A DNA stretch of 64,000 bases, taken from positions 19,840,001-19,904,000 of the forward strand of contig NC_092671.1 of assembly GCF_964355755.1 (NCBI RefSeq), written 5' to 3'. Of this stretch, positions 11,805 to 25,119 are shown piece by piece. The stretch comes from Antedon mediterranea. Taxonomy: Eukaryota; Animalia; Echinodermata. Both the position numbers and the translations under genes were made by a program. The notes under the pieces were generated by a model. That model did no database searches and was not told the DNA's origin. It was given only the letters and a program-made list of their open reading frames with translations. Position 1 is the stretch's first letter; every line of letters starts with the position of its first letter.

Positions 11805-13703
11805 GTTCTTCGGTACGATTCTGAAAATCTAAATCTGAAGAACAGATACGTCTGATACGTAATGCTTGACTGTACGGTATGTTTTTAGTACAGTGTCGAG
11901 GGTGACAACTGCTAGGGAGCAGGTACATATTTTTATCCGTGGGTTTACGGAATAGGTCAGTTTTGAGTGTACCATTTTCTATGGTCACTATAGTGTCCAA
12001 AAAAATCAACGCTACTAGTGGATTTTGTAGCTCTAAATTTGATAGTTGGGTGGGCTGAATTAATATTGGGAAGAAAAGATTCCAAATTATCTTCACCATG
12101 GGTCCAGATCATGAAGATGTCGTCAATGTATCTAAACCAAACAAGTGGCTTATTTGGTTGGAGGGACAGAAAATTGGCCTCAAATTGTCCCATAAATAAA
12201 TTTGCAAAAGATGGCGCCATTTTTGTGCCCATCGCTGTGCCATGAATTTGAAGGTAATGGTCATTTTCAAAAATAAAATTATTGTTGGTTAAAATCAACA
12301 CGACTTCTCGTAAATGAGCTTTAGTAGGCGTTTGGCCTGGAATTTGTTTGTAATTGAAAATACATGTGTCGGCTCCTTCTTCGTGAGGGATATTAGTATA
12401 CAATGATGAAACATCTAATGTAGCCAGAACAGAATTATTAGGTAAATTTTGAATTTGGTTAATTTTGCGGATAAAGTCCGTGGAGTCCTGAATGTATGAA
12501 GGGAGATCAGTCACATATGGTCTAAGTAAATCATCCACATATTCAGAAATTTTCTCTGTAGCAGTGCCATTGCCCGAAATAATGGGTCTACCGGGATTGC
12601 CTGCTTTGTGGATTTTAGATAGGAAATAAAATCTACCTGGAACTGGATTGACCTGTGCCAAATGAGGTCCAATCTTAGGATCGATGTAGTGTTTTTTAAC
12701 CATCACAGAAACAGATTTGGCCACCTTATCTGGAATTTCCGGGGTGGGATCCGTTGTAAGTTTACGATAATGAAGAGGATTGTTTAGCTGTCTTAAGGAC
12801 TCCTCTTCATAAAATTTGATGTCCATGGCAACAGTGGCAGAACCTTTATCAGCGGGTTTAATGATAATATCATTACGCTGACGCAATTTGGCAATGGCCT
12901 GCCTCGGGAAGTTGTTTTGTACATCCTCCTTAATAGCCTGAATAAATGTTTCTAAAGCTGGACAACGATTTTTAGGTGGATTCCAGGAACTTTTTGGTTT
13001 AAATTTGTTAGCGGTGCCTTCGTTTTGCGTGGTGCTGCTGTCTGAATTAGCAAAATGTTCACGTAATCGTAATCTTCTGGAGAAAGACTCCATATCCAAA
13101 GATAGTTGTTGTGCGCCGACCTGCCTTGGTTTTGGGCAGAATTTAAGTCCTCGGGAAAGAAGTTTGTTCTCTCCTTCAGAAAGTCGGCAATTAATTTCAA
13201 CAACTGAATCAGAGGTGTTGCTCCGATTCTTGTTATAAGTCCGAACGAACCTTCTGCAGGGTTTCCTAAAAGCCCTGAAATCATCCGAAGGTAGAGTCAT
13301 TTGTGTTGAAATGACCAAGTCTGCAGGTAGACCAAATGTGTGATGTCCCCTTTGGGCCATTACCGTTGATTGCTTACGGCCATCATTGGCGATAATACTG
13401 AGTTTGTTTTGAAACTCGGATGCAGGAAGTTCTCTTTTCAACTTCTTAGTTCTAGAGTGAATTTCAACGTCAAACTCAGTGAGGATTTTGCAGCAATTGC
13501 CAATTTGGATCTCATTGAGTTGACAAAGCATTTTTGTGAAGGACAGCGTTCCAACGAGAACGCATGTCATTATCTGCAAATCGAATACCAGATGTGACAT
13601 AAAATTGAAGTCCTTTAGGGGCCGAATGATTAGAACGATGTAAAAGAAAAGTATGTAAATGGTGACGATACCTGACACACACACATATATATATATATAT
13701 ATC

Positions 13704-13734
<31 letters not shown>

Positions 13735-13859
13735 CCAAAGGCAAATTACTGAAAAAAATGACAATGCTGTGGGTATCAGTGGCTGGATCTCAATGGAGAT
13801 ACAAAAATAAAAAGCGAACAGCTAAATCAAAACGATAAAGTAAACAGGCAGAAAAGTTA

Positions 13860-13896
13860 GCAGAGCTTTCGGGCAACACTAGCCCTTCATCAGTGC
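13860..13896 (-). ncRNA. Minimal type I hammerhead ribozyme (5' pLTR)
   Basis: Identical to the 10774-10810 motif. Confidence 0.85.
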
Positions 13897-13899
13897 AAG

Positions 13900-16800
13900 T
13901 AGTACAGGAAAACTATGAAATATGGTTGAAAAAATTGCAACCGAATTTATTTCACCACAATGCATTTCTATAAGGTCCCTATATGAACATATTAAAAGTC
14001 TAGAAAAATCCAGGTAGGGGAAATAGGTTTTTTAAAACACAATGGCCGCCAATGTCGAAAATGCCTAAAAGAGGACAAAAAAACATAAATAGTAGATCTA
14101 ATTCAATTTAATAATCAACTTTATAGCGGTTTTTACAATGATTTTTATATTTCTTTACAGTTTTGAAGATCTGAACTACAATATACACATTATTTTAAGT
14201 GCTGTTAATTAGAAAATGGCCGCAAAACAAATGTTTAAGTATCTAGATATATCCCTATTGTTATAATATATAAAACGTAGTCCTTCCTATGCTTAATGCA
14301 TAGGATTACGGTGTCTAATAATAAATCAGTTCATTTACATTTGTACTGTTATAACAATATATTACAACATTGGTGGTACCAGTGGGGAGGGGTATAGGGA
14401 TGCGAGATCATATGGGAAGGGTGAGGGAGTCTGTCCGGCCCCCCATCCCCTCTCCCCAATTGGCTATTTTCGGGAGTATATGTAGACAATATGATGATAT
14501 TTCCTAATATAAAACATACCCCATTGAGTGCTGTTTCAAGGATTTTCATTTTTAAAAGTGACTAAAACTACCCTTTACTGGTATAATATTGTCGGAACTT
14601 CTGGGTGCGCTTCCATTGATGGCCCAGCCAATTGATGCTAGCTGCGCTCTCCCCCCCCCCCCCCAGCCCCCTTATCGGGAAAATCCTTGTGCCATCACTG
14701 GACTACAATCTATTATTGTATTTATTCGGATAAATGCTACATTTAGAAAAATCGAACAAACTCCCCCATAAGACATCATTTTGAATAACCTACACCAGCG
14801 CACCCCCTCCCCTGCCCCCATCGGACATCATTTTGAATTTATTTCGTCGAATGTACGACCCACCACATTCATATTATACATAATATTGTGTTTTAACACA
14901 TCTCTATTTGTAATAGAATTCACTGAATGACATGATGGTGTTGTATTTGTTCATATCTAAAGGGTGTATTTATTTGATTATACATGTTAACACATTACAC
15001 CCACAAAAATAAACGCCTCTCCGAATAAACTCCTCACGACGATTACACGCCCCCACTACCCTCCTTAAAAATCAACCACCAAGGGCATTTATTCAAATAA
15101 ATGCGGTAATTTCACTTTCATCTTGTCAGTATCTCATCCTCCATATATTGGTGGTGGGGAATTGAGCATGTGCTGATGCCGTGGCATTCTTAAAAAATAG
15201 TGGAGCAGCAGTCCAACCCATATTTTCTGCAACTGCAATTCATTTTACTACAACCTTATTTACAGGTACATCTAATCAACTTTAATAGTTTCTCTGGTGC
15301 TGGTAGTAAATTTGTCATCAATACTTTCCATCCCTAGTCTGTGGGTTGAAGAGTATTTCCTATCCACTGCTATAGGCCCTACCTGGTAATAAAGACTCAC
15401 GAAATAACATTTTGGAGCAAGGGAATAGATTTGCTTTTTGCAACTTTCTCAAAGAAAAGTAGGCTGTCTAAAGTCTCCATTGACTTCCCTCCATATATAG
15501 CTACCAATGCCAAATACATACAACTCCAACTGTGATGATTTTCCAGCTTTTCCTAAACCAAATTTACTTACGGCCCATAATTATATAAACACAAGAGTTT
15601 ACTTTGCCTTCACATAACGTAACAAACATACATGGTACATAATAAATGTCTTGAAATGTTGCTGTTTCGGGCCAAGAGGTTTGATGTAGCAGTGCTCCCC
15701 CATTGATAACATACAGTGGGCAGTGAGATGAAGGTTTCTGAGTAGTCTAGCAGTGTGTATGGAGTCGATGGAGTAAAAGAGGGCTGCAGGAAAAGTACAA
15801 GGTTCTTTTTCAACAAATGATGCATTGTGTATGACTGTCTCACATAGCCATCAATGATGAAATAGTATATGTGAGGGAATGTGCACTGCTTCTCTATTGA
15901 TGAATATGGTTGATTTTGACCCATGTGTAATAATGTTCTTTCCTGTTCAATTAATATTCTGTCACGGTTGCTTTCATTGATTTAATACTGTATGTTCTCG
16001 ATGGGGGAGCACTGTGAATGCATGTAAAGTCTTTCCTTGGTGTGAAGCTCTGTAAAAATTAATTTGCTTTTTATACATGGGATCCAGGGATGTGATGCTA
16101 CATCCCATCTATTTGTTAAAAAAAAAGGTGTTAATCTTAAAAAGTCACCTGGGCAGTAGTATGCTTACAAACTCTGTAAAACCAAACGTCTTGAAAAAAA
16201 AAAAAGAATCCATCGCTTCAGAGGAATTGGCATTGGTAGCGCTATGGAGGAATACGTTCTAGGAGAAAGTAGCAAAAAGCAAAACCGCACTTGAAATAAA
16301 GTCTATTCCCCCCAACAACAAATGCTGCAAAATGTCATTCCCTGCGTGTATATTACCATGGTACAGCAGTGGATAGAAAATACTCTTCAACCCACAGACT
16401 GGGGGATGGAAAGTTACAAATGGCGTGATGTGTCCATTGATGACAAATTTACCACCAGTTACCACTGTTTGTGACGAATACCACGGCATCATCAGCACAT
16501 GCTTAATTCCTACCTATAGACAGAGGATGATAACTGGACAATGAAAATGAATGGATTAATAGATTGTAAAATTGTATAATTCTATTGTAAATGAACTGTT
16601 TTATTAGACACCATAGTCCTGCATTATAATGCATAGGACTACGTTGTCTATTATTATAACCGTGGTGATATCTTGATACTTAAATTTGTGTTTTTGCTGC
16701 TAAATAGCACTTAAATTAATATGTATATTGCAGTTTAAATGTTTGACACTAAAGAAATATAAAAAGCATTATAAAAACTGCTATCAAGTGGTAATTAGAT

Positions 16801-16998
16801 ATGTTTTTTGTTCATTTTTAGACATTTTTCACCATTGGCGGCCATTTTGTTTAAAAAAAACCTATTTCCCCTACCTGGATTTTTCTAGACTTTTAGTATG
16901 TTCATATAGGGACCTTATAGAAATGCATTGTGATGAAAAAAATTCTGTTGCAATTTTTTCAACCTTTTACTGATTCTGAGAATATCTTTCCTGTACTA
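13900..16998. mobile_element. Non-autonomous Academ-like DNA transposon with long degenerate TIRs
   Basis: TAGTACAGGAAA...TTTCCTGTACTA termini, 3-bp AAG TSD; remnant IPPTTNAAKCHSLRVYY..QQW...PTDWGWK in both orientations. Confidence 0.75.
14714..15108. mobile_element. Degenerate pogo/Tc1-type MITE
   Basis: TGTATTTATTCGGATAAATGC ... GCATTTATTCAAATAAATGCGGTA inverted termini. Confidence 0.45.
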
Positions 16999-17292
16999 AA
17001 GTGATATATATATATATATATATGTTCAAGAAAAAAAGAAATCGCTCCTTAAGGGGAAAAAAAGAACAAAAGATTTTTTTCCTATGGGTGTATATATATA
17101 CTTCTCATATGAAGAACAGTATACCAATTGTCTATACCATTGAATAAAAACTGAAAACGTTACGTCAATTTACTGAATGTCGCTTTTACGTAAATTAATA
17201 ATTATGTTTAATTCTAAGCATGTTATTTTTAGAATGGCAGCAGAGCCATATATATGTCTGATGTCACTGTAACAATCAGGAGAACAACTTAC

Positions 17293-17482
17293 ATCAAATC
17301 GAACAGGAGTTGGGCCAGGCATATTTGCATTTACCGCTGGTGGCTGAAACAGTTCTGTGTATTCTGATTCCAGGCTAATATACTGGACATTCCTCGACGT
17401 AAGCAATGTGAAAGTTGTGTCTACTGCTTTTCCCGTTGAAATATCATCATGCCAAATTGTAATAAGTAGTATTACATCATCA
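17293..17482 (-). CDS. Host gene exon (DDVILLITIWHDD...PVRFD)
   Basis: tgttctAG acceptor phase 2, GTAAGT donor phase 0. Confidence 0.8.
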
Positions 17483-17875
17483 CTAGAACATAGACCAACA
17501 TACACTATTATTCTATTCTGTAGCACATCAATAAATTTAATTTTTATTATTATTATATTTTTTTATTTATAGTGCCTTCATTGGATAAAACAACTGTGCA
17601 GCTGAAATGTTTAGTTCAGTATGTAGTTAGGCCTACGTTTGACAGTTCGTCAACGATCAATAAAAAACACGATTATTGAAATATGTCAATGATTAAATAA
17701 TACATCAAAATGTTAGACGTTATAAAGACGCCATCGTTTGTTAATTAATTGATTGAAAAAAAATAATTAGATCACTTCCTCATACTCATATTTTCTAATT
17801 TTGTTCACCAGTGTCAGTCTCTATTCTTATTATGTACCTTACTAGTATTCAATAAAATTCAATTAAAAAAATTAC

Positions 17876-18557
17876 TTTTTATAAAATGAATTAGTTTCGT
17901 ATGATATCTTGAACGACATCTTAGGTTTTGGATCTACATGAATTAGTGTATGAACGGGCACTTCTCCCACCCATATGTTACCCCCGTCGCCAATCAGCAC
18001 TCCAAGTCCTAACCAGTACTCAGAACCATTGACCATCGCGTCTGTATCGTCAAGGACAACCTCTACTTCTAACGCTAAGACGTTAATTGAAGAGTCTTGG
18101 TCATTCACCTTAATAAACCCGTCAAACTGTGTCACTGACCAGTCCTTAAGGATGCCGTAGTCATCATCATTAGCAACGTACTGTGTCTTAAGAGCGTAGT
18201 AGCAGAACTCTGTAGAATATGTACAGAGTAAAGTGTTACTAACAAACGAAACCGACACTTTGTTAATACTCCACTGCTTGCTGCTTGTATTTGTTGAAAA
18301 GTTGTATGGCATCAAAACTTCCAGTGTAGGATCAGCGGTACCTTTTGGAAACTCAAAAATAAGGTTTATGTGCACTTTTTGACCAACGTTAACATAAACA
18401 CTTCCATCTGCAGACTGCTCAGTAACGTACATCACAAAACGCGGTAGTTTACTGTAAACTGCTTTAGTAGCTCCTTCCGCTCTGATGAAGCCTTTGAGTG
18501 AGTCATTGATTTCAGCCTTAATGGTAACTCGTAAAAGAACTCCAGGTTTTAAATTAG
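17876..18557 (-). CDS. Host gene large exon, beta-rich (Ig-like?) extracellular region
   Basis: polyT-AG acceptor phase 1, GTAATT donor phase 2; 682-nt open frame. Confidence 0.85.
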
Positions 18558-18922
18558 CTAAAAAAAAAACCCAATTTTAGAAATTTTACAACTTAAAACA
18601 AAACATTTTGTTTTTTTAAACATTCAGACAAATATGATGATACCATTTATTAATCATAAATTGTTCTGTGTTGTGTGTTTAATACCCTAATTAATGTATG
18701 CGGTGTATGCCTAGTCTATTTACTGGATATATTATGTAGTAAGGTATGTAATACTGTATATAAAAAATCATTTTAAATATTATATGATGGGATGGGACAA
18801 AATTCGTTTAAACAGTATAATTTTAGTTTTGTAATGTATAGTAGACTAAAATACCAATCTATTAAATAGGTCACTTGTTAAAATTAGTATTTTGTTTTTG
18901 TTATAATATACAGTTTAAATAC

Positions 18923-19037
18923 CATTAACAGTAGAATTGATGCTCCCTATGAATTCAATGTCACTCGTAAAATATTCATCGTTGCTAAATGACAAAACAA
19001 GTTCTTCAGGAGAGCCAAAGCTGACTTGAAAGTCGTC
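18923..19037 (-). CDS. Host gene exon (DDFQVSFGSPEEL...STVN)
   Basis: ttctgtAG acceptor phase 0, GTATTT donor phase 1. Confidence 0.8.
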
Positions 19038-19152
19038 CTACAGAAAAACATTTACATACATTTATATCTAAACATTAAGGTATGCATAAATACAGTTAGT
19101 CTACAGGCAACGAATCAGGTTAGTGTGAAATGTTAAAAGTAAGAAATCTGCA

Positions 19153-22100
19153 TGTTGTGGAATCGGTGAGAAATAATTAGGTGAACACGTTGTTGCAATA
19201 TGTTGTCTTTATTACTTTTATTATTCAACAACTGTGTTGGGTTGTCCAAAGGGTTCCAAATAACAAATAAAGATGATTACACTGCATGAATATCTCACAC
19301 GATACCAAATTGTATATAATTTCGTTCAGCCTGCGTATTGTACGCGCACTAGCACGCAACTCACGAATTGAAAACAAATGACGTCATGACATCCTAGCCC
19401 CCTAAACAAGTGACGGATGGTCACAACTAGTAACAATAAGTAAGTCTACAACTTTAAATATAACAATGAAAAGTTTATAAATGTCAATTACACTTTAAAT
19501 CATCAATCACAGTGGTCAAGGAACATCATCTGATCCACATATCACTACATGTCTAAACGTTCGGTGCTCTTCATTAGCATGATCAACTTAGTAACCGGTT
19601 TCTTAGCATTGGTACCATCTACAAATCTTATGTCAACAATCCTAACAAGGTCATCTTTCCCTAGCTAAACTTTACTGACTTCTGCCATTTTCCAACTACC
19701 ACGTTTCTTGTTCTCACCAATGACAAGCACTATGTCGCCTTCCATTACATTCTCCATTGATTTCTGCCATTTAAGTCTTGGTGAGAGCTTATGGATACAC
19801 TCTATCCATCGGTGCCAGAAACCATTCACCATAGAGTTACACATTTCTCTCTCGTTTTCTCAAATTTCCATAGAATTCTTCACACGGTACTTCCGGACAC
19901 TGTAAATCACATCTTCCAATCAGGAAATGATTAGGAGTCAATGGCGGGTGATCCAGGGGCGATGATGACTTGGCTGTCAAAGGTCGACTATTGATAAGAC
20001 CAGATATCTGACAGAACACCGTCTCCCATTCAACAAATGTTAGTCTATCAGCTTTCACCAACTGTCTCATGCCTTTCTTCACCTCTTGAACCAAGCGCTC
20101 AACAGCTCCACCTGGTGGTCCAAATTTCCACTGCACATTATAACGTTGGCATTGTTCTCGTATCTTCGTCTAGTCTAGTCTCAAATTCAACTCATTTATT
20201 GTATTGTCAGCCCCTCTGAAACATGTGCCATTGTCACTCACTAACAAAGATGGTGCTCTTCTGATGCTTACAAATCGTTCTATTGCTTGTAGGAACGCTT
20301 GAGTAGTAAGATCTTGGACACAGGTTAAGTGTACAGCTCTAGTTACGGCACATGTAAAAACTGCACAATATCCTTTTGTGGTGGTATTTTTGTTAAGTTT
20401 TACGTTAACTGGGCCCAGATAGTCTACGAGTGTGGAACTAAATGGCGGTGAGCATGGTTTCACTCGGAAGTCTGGTAGGTCAGCCATCTTCTGCTCTATT
20501 GGCTTCCCTTTGTGTCTCATACAAATAGTACATTGTCGTACAACTGTTTTTGAGATGTTGATATCCCCAATAATCCAAAACTTCTTTCTGACCTCTGATG
20601 CGGTTTGCAGGTGGCCCCCATGTAAAGAGTGTCTGTGTCGATCCCGAACAATCAGTAAACTGATATGGCTTCCCTTCGGTAGTAGGTAAGGGTGTCTTAT
20701 GTCATACGACAGTGGTGCATTCTTAATCCGTCCACCAACACGGTACACTCCTTCTTTCTCATCGAAGACTGGATCTAGCTTCATGATGTTGTTATCATTG
20801 AAATTTATCTCAGCTTGTCCCTGTCGGATCCAAAGCAACTCAGCTTCCTTCAATGCATGTGGTGAAGGCCATTCAGAAATTTGTGAAGTTAACTTCGTTA
20901 ACCATTGGTTCTTTGGTAACTGCTTTAAGGACACAACTCTTGCTGTGACCATCTTAAGTTTTGGCCAACTAGAAAACTTGGTGGGATCAAGTATTCTTTC
21001 AAATTCAGGGATAGCCTTTATTTTGAGTGTTAGTGTCTTAGCATTACGGACATGGAATTTCTTTTGTTCTCCATCTTCAGGAGCTACTTGAACATTTGTG
21101 GGAGTTTTAGGCCAAGAGATTGGTGATGATCGTAGGAACCCTGGTCCATCGATGACTTGTTTCATATCGTCAATGTTTCCTCCTCTTGAAACAATATCTA
21201 TAGTGTTCTGTTCTGATGGTACAAAGGCAATATCTTTGATCGGGTCAAATTCAGAAGTGATCTCACCTACACGGTATGCAACGTACGATCGGAAAGATTT
21301 AGATTGACCTCTCAGCCAACTGATGGCAGTCATACTGTCTGTCCAAATCTTTGAATAAACTATGTCAAACCTCAAAGCATTCTTTACAGTGAGCATCAGC
21401 CTTGAAAGCAGCAGAATTGCTTGAAGTTTTTTTCTGGGGATGCTTGATTGTTTAAGAGGTGTTAGTCTGGCTCGGGCGCACACAAACGACAAATAAGTTT
21501 CAGATGACTCTTCATGTGACGACCTTAGCCAAACTCCGATACCCATAGCATCTTCTGAAGCATCACTTGCACCATGCAGAGATACTTTTGGTAATGGTCT
21601 TTTTCCTCTAAATGGCTTTGGAATAAGACATCTTGGAATTTCTATGTCAATTGCTTTTTCAAGGTCTTTATTGATTTCACTGAGAATAGCACAAAGTTCA
21701 CCTCTCTTGTTAAGTGGTGTATCCCAATCAATGTTTAGTTGTCACAGTTTTTGTAACAGTGTTTTCGGTCGGACAAGGATACCGGAAAGCATACCGAATA
21801 CGTCATAGGAAGAAGCGGTTTGTTTCAGGATGCTACGTTTAGTTGGGATTAGACCTTGAATTAGTTTTACCTCTTTGACCTTTAGAGTGTCGTTCACAAG
21901 GTCCCACTTTGTTCCCAAAGCTGTTGCAGCAGTGGCGTCTTCTGATTCGTCACACAAATTCCTAACGTTGGATTGCCATTTCCTGATATTGAAGTTTCGT
22001 TTCTTCAGAGTCTCAGTGAGTTTAGACTTTAAGTTTTCAGCCTCATTAGCATCAGTAACAGATTCATTCAAATCATCCATGTAAAACTGGTCAGTAACAA

Positions 22101-24907
22101 TTCTTTCTAATTGTTCATCACCACCGGGCGCATGCTCAGGTACTACATGCCTCAAAGTCACAATAGCCGCAGTTGGTGATGGCTTGTCACCAAATGTAAC
22201 TAACAGTCGTCAACTCGTACACTTGAATTGGATGGTTAGGATTCTCTCTGAACACAAATCGATGAAAGCGGGCATCATCAGAACTGATTTTAATAGCCTG
22301 GAACATCTTACTAATGTCAGCGATTATACCAACTTCGTTTTCTCGGAATCGTAGGGCAACATTAAATAGATCAGTATTAACATTTTCTCCATTATATAAA
22401 TAATCATTAAGAGAATGGCCTTGAAATCTTGCCTTTCCATCATATACTACTCTCACATGTGTTGTTTTGGATTCTTTGGTTACGGCAAAGTGTGGTAGAA
22501 ACCACATCTTCCTTCCAGCCTCTCTATCTCTTTGTAGCTCTGCTTCTGTCACTCGACGAGAGACACCTCTTTTCAGTTGATCTCTCATTTGTTCGCAATA
22601 CACTTCCCATTCTATGCTCCTATTCTCAAATTGCTTTTCTAGGCTCTTCAGTCTCTTCACAGCATACCCATAGTTATCTGGAAGGTCATTTGGTGCCCTT
22701 TTCCAAGGCAATCTAATTTCATAAGTTCCATTTGGCAGTTGTTTCACACTCTGATCAATTGCTTCCGTTGCCTTGCGGTTTGTAAGATGTTCAGAGCATT
22801 TGCACTTCTTTGGTTCTAAACCCATTGTCTCAATGCCAAGAAAATCTTTCATTGGTCCAACTGCAGAAACATTAACATAGTTGAAGAGTGCTGATGTGGT
22901 GAGTTGCCCTCCTTGGATAAACCATCCAAAAGGACATTTCACGGCTACAGCTTCATTGATACATTGACCTCAGAGGTACTCTTCCCAAATTATTAAGTGC
23001 GTGTTATCGACACGTACATCACTATTTGGGTATGGAGCAACTTGTAAATCAATTTCATTTAGATGACTGTATTGTTTAAGCTGTTCTTGGTATACTATAG
23101 GAGCATCTCCGCAGGGTTCGTCTATTTCTGTGACGGTGAGTGGACAAGACCATGTACCATTTACGTCTTCAATGTAGCAATTCAGCAATCGTAGTTTCTT
23201 GGTAATTTTCTTACCACCAACCAGACTCAGATCGTGTTTTTGATAAACATCTTGATTAGTAAGTGGAATGAGTCCAGATCTCAGAAGTGTCGCTTGGCTT
23301 CCACCATCCAATAAGATACGCACTAGACGGCGGGTTTTGCCACATCTCAGATACCCCATAACAGTAGGTAAAGTCACTTATAATTTACTTTCTCAATTGT
23401 GGGTGACCATGCCTGCCTGCTTAACAACTGTGGTTGGATTCGCTGGTTGAAAGGGTTGAGCATTGCAATTAAGATTGGGTTGATCCTTTCTTTCATACAA
23501 GACAGGACAAACCGCCGGAAAGTGAAGGTTACTTCCACAAGATGGAGTTCCACAAGGTGTGGTAAATTGACAGGAATTCTTATCATATGGAGGTTTACCA
23601 GCAGAGCAATTGTTGTGACCACATCTAAAACAGATTCTGTTCTTTTTCATCACTTCATATTTCTCCTTTTGAGACAAACTTCGAAACTTGTTACAACTCT
23701 TTAAGAAATGAGTATTCGCAGTTGGATGCAGTGCACACGTGGGATTTCTATTGTAGTATAGTCTGACTTGTATCCTTCTCCAGATGACACTACAGCAGCA
23801 TTTGAAGCCTTCTTTGATGATGAAGATGATTCAGTTTCCGTCATGGGCATAGCTTTCTCAAGTAACAATAATTGGCTGTACAGCCATTTAACCAAGCCAG
23901 TGAGAGAATGACCTGTGTCGTTGTCCCTAACGCTTTTATAGTAAGCTATTCTGTTTTCTTCTAGATCCTTCAACAGACTATCAACCACTCTGTCTTGTCT
24001 CCGTAGCGTTCTTCTAACACTTCCCAAGCTCTAGCAACATCGATACATCCTTTAACCATGTTTCTTTCTTTGCTGTTAATCATAGATTCAGTTAGCTGGT
24101 AGAAACATTCAATCTCAGTTAGATTAGTTGCACAATGTGTAAATAATTCTTTAAATCTTTTGTAATCCCGGATGTTGCCATTAAATGTAGGATACTTCAT
24201 CTTTGCCATGGTAGGCGTTGACCTTGCCATATCAGGTCGAGGTGTAGGTGAACTGAATGCAGGCGGCGAGGCAACCGTACCAGCAGGCTGCGTTGAGGCT
24301 GATGTTTGAAGAGGAGTTGAGAATGGTACATCGACTGTAGATTGTGAGTGGCGCAGGGTAATCTCCCGTTTTTCACATACCAACTTTTGAAGGAAATCCA
24401 TCTCACATTCTGACATCCATTTCTCTTCCGTTTCAAATTATCCCTGGTCTTCAATTACATCAATCAGTTCAGAGTGTTTTAACTCAACTTTTCGGAACTG
24501 TTCCTCCGCCTTGATAATGTAAGTTTTTAAAACATCTGGTTCGCAATTTTCTTTAAGTAGGGATTCTATCATCCACAGAGTCCTTGTTAACTGACCTTTG
24601 CTGTTCCGTCTGGTAAGCTTCAGTTTGTTTACGTCTGCCATTGTAATTATTTCACTAGTTGTTGAAGCTGTTGTGGAATCGGTGAGAAATAATTAGGTGA
24701 ACACGTTGTTGCAATATGTTGTCTTTATTACTTTTATTATTCAACAACTGTGTTGGGTTGTCCAAAGTGTTCCAAATAACAAATAAAGATGATTACACTG
24801 CATGAATATCTCACACGATACCAAATTGTATATAATTTTGTTTAGCCTGCGTATAGTACGCGCACTGGCACGCAACTCACAAATTGAAAACAAATGACGT
24901 CATGACA
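19153..24907 (-). mobile_element. Full-length BEL/Pao LTR retrotransposon (gag-PR-RT-RH-IN, multiply frameshifted)
   Basis: 239-bp TG..CA LTRs at 19153-19391 and 24669-24907 (about 6 mismatches by eye), CTGCA TSD, PPT at 19392-19403; LLDGGSQ protease, FYMDD RT, WTDS RNase H, HGG..C..C and DYLGP/SDNG integrase. Confidence 0.95.
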
Positions 24908-25060
24908 CTGCAAGAAGCGCTTTATTTGGAGATGCCAAACATATCATACAAGTGTATCTTCCTACTTTGGTGCTTATCCCATGATTCATAAGAATCATGT
25001 AATTATTATTTATTATGCCTACGAACAGAGCAATATTTAGAAGACACCAGAACATCTTAC

Positions 25061-25119
25061 CGTCATGGTTTGGTTGATTTCTCCTTCTTTTCCTGTTAGT
25101 TTCCACACGAAAAAAGGAT
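25061..25119 (-). CDS. Host gene small exon (DPFFVWKLTGKEGEINQTMT)
   Basis: ctgcAG acceptor phase 1, GTAAGA donor phase 0; fits both neighbours. Confidence 0.75.

Larger units (their letters stand above)
10598..13899 (-). mobile_element. Penelope-like retroelement, Neptune type (RT + Cys linker + GIY-YIG), degenerate, with direct pseudo-LTRs
   Basis: LSRGLKFCP, IKPADKGS, GTAMGTKMAPSFANLFM, RYIDD; NVIYLIYC..CGKQYVGET GIY-YIG; ~120-bp direct repeats 10697-10814 and 13782-13899; frameshifts. Confidence 0.92.
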
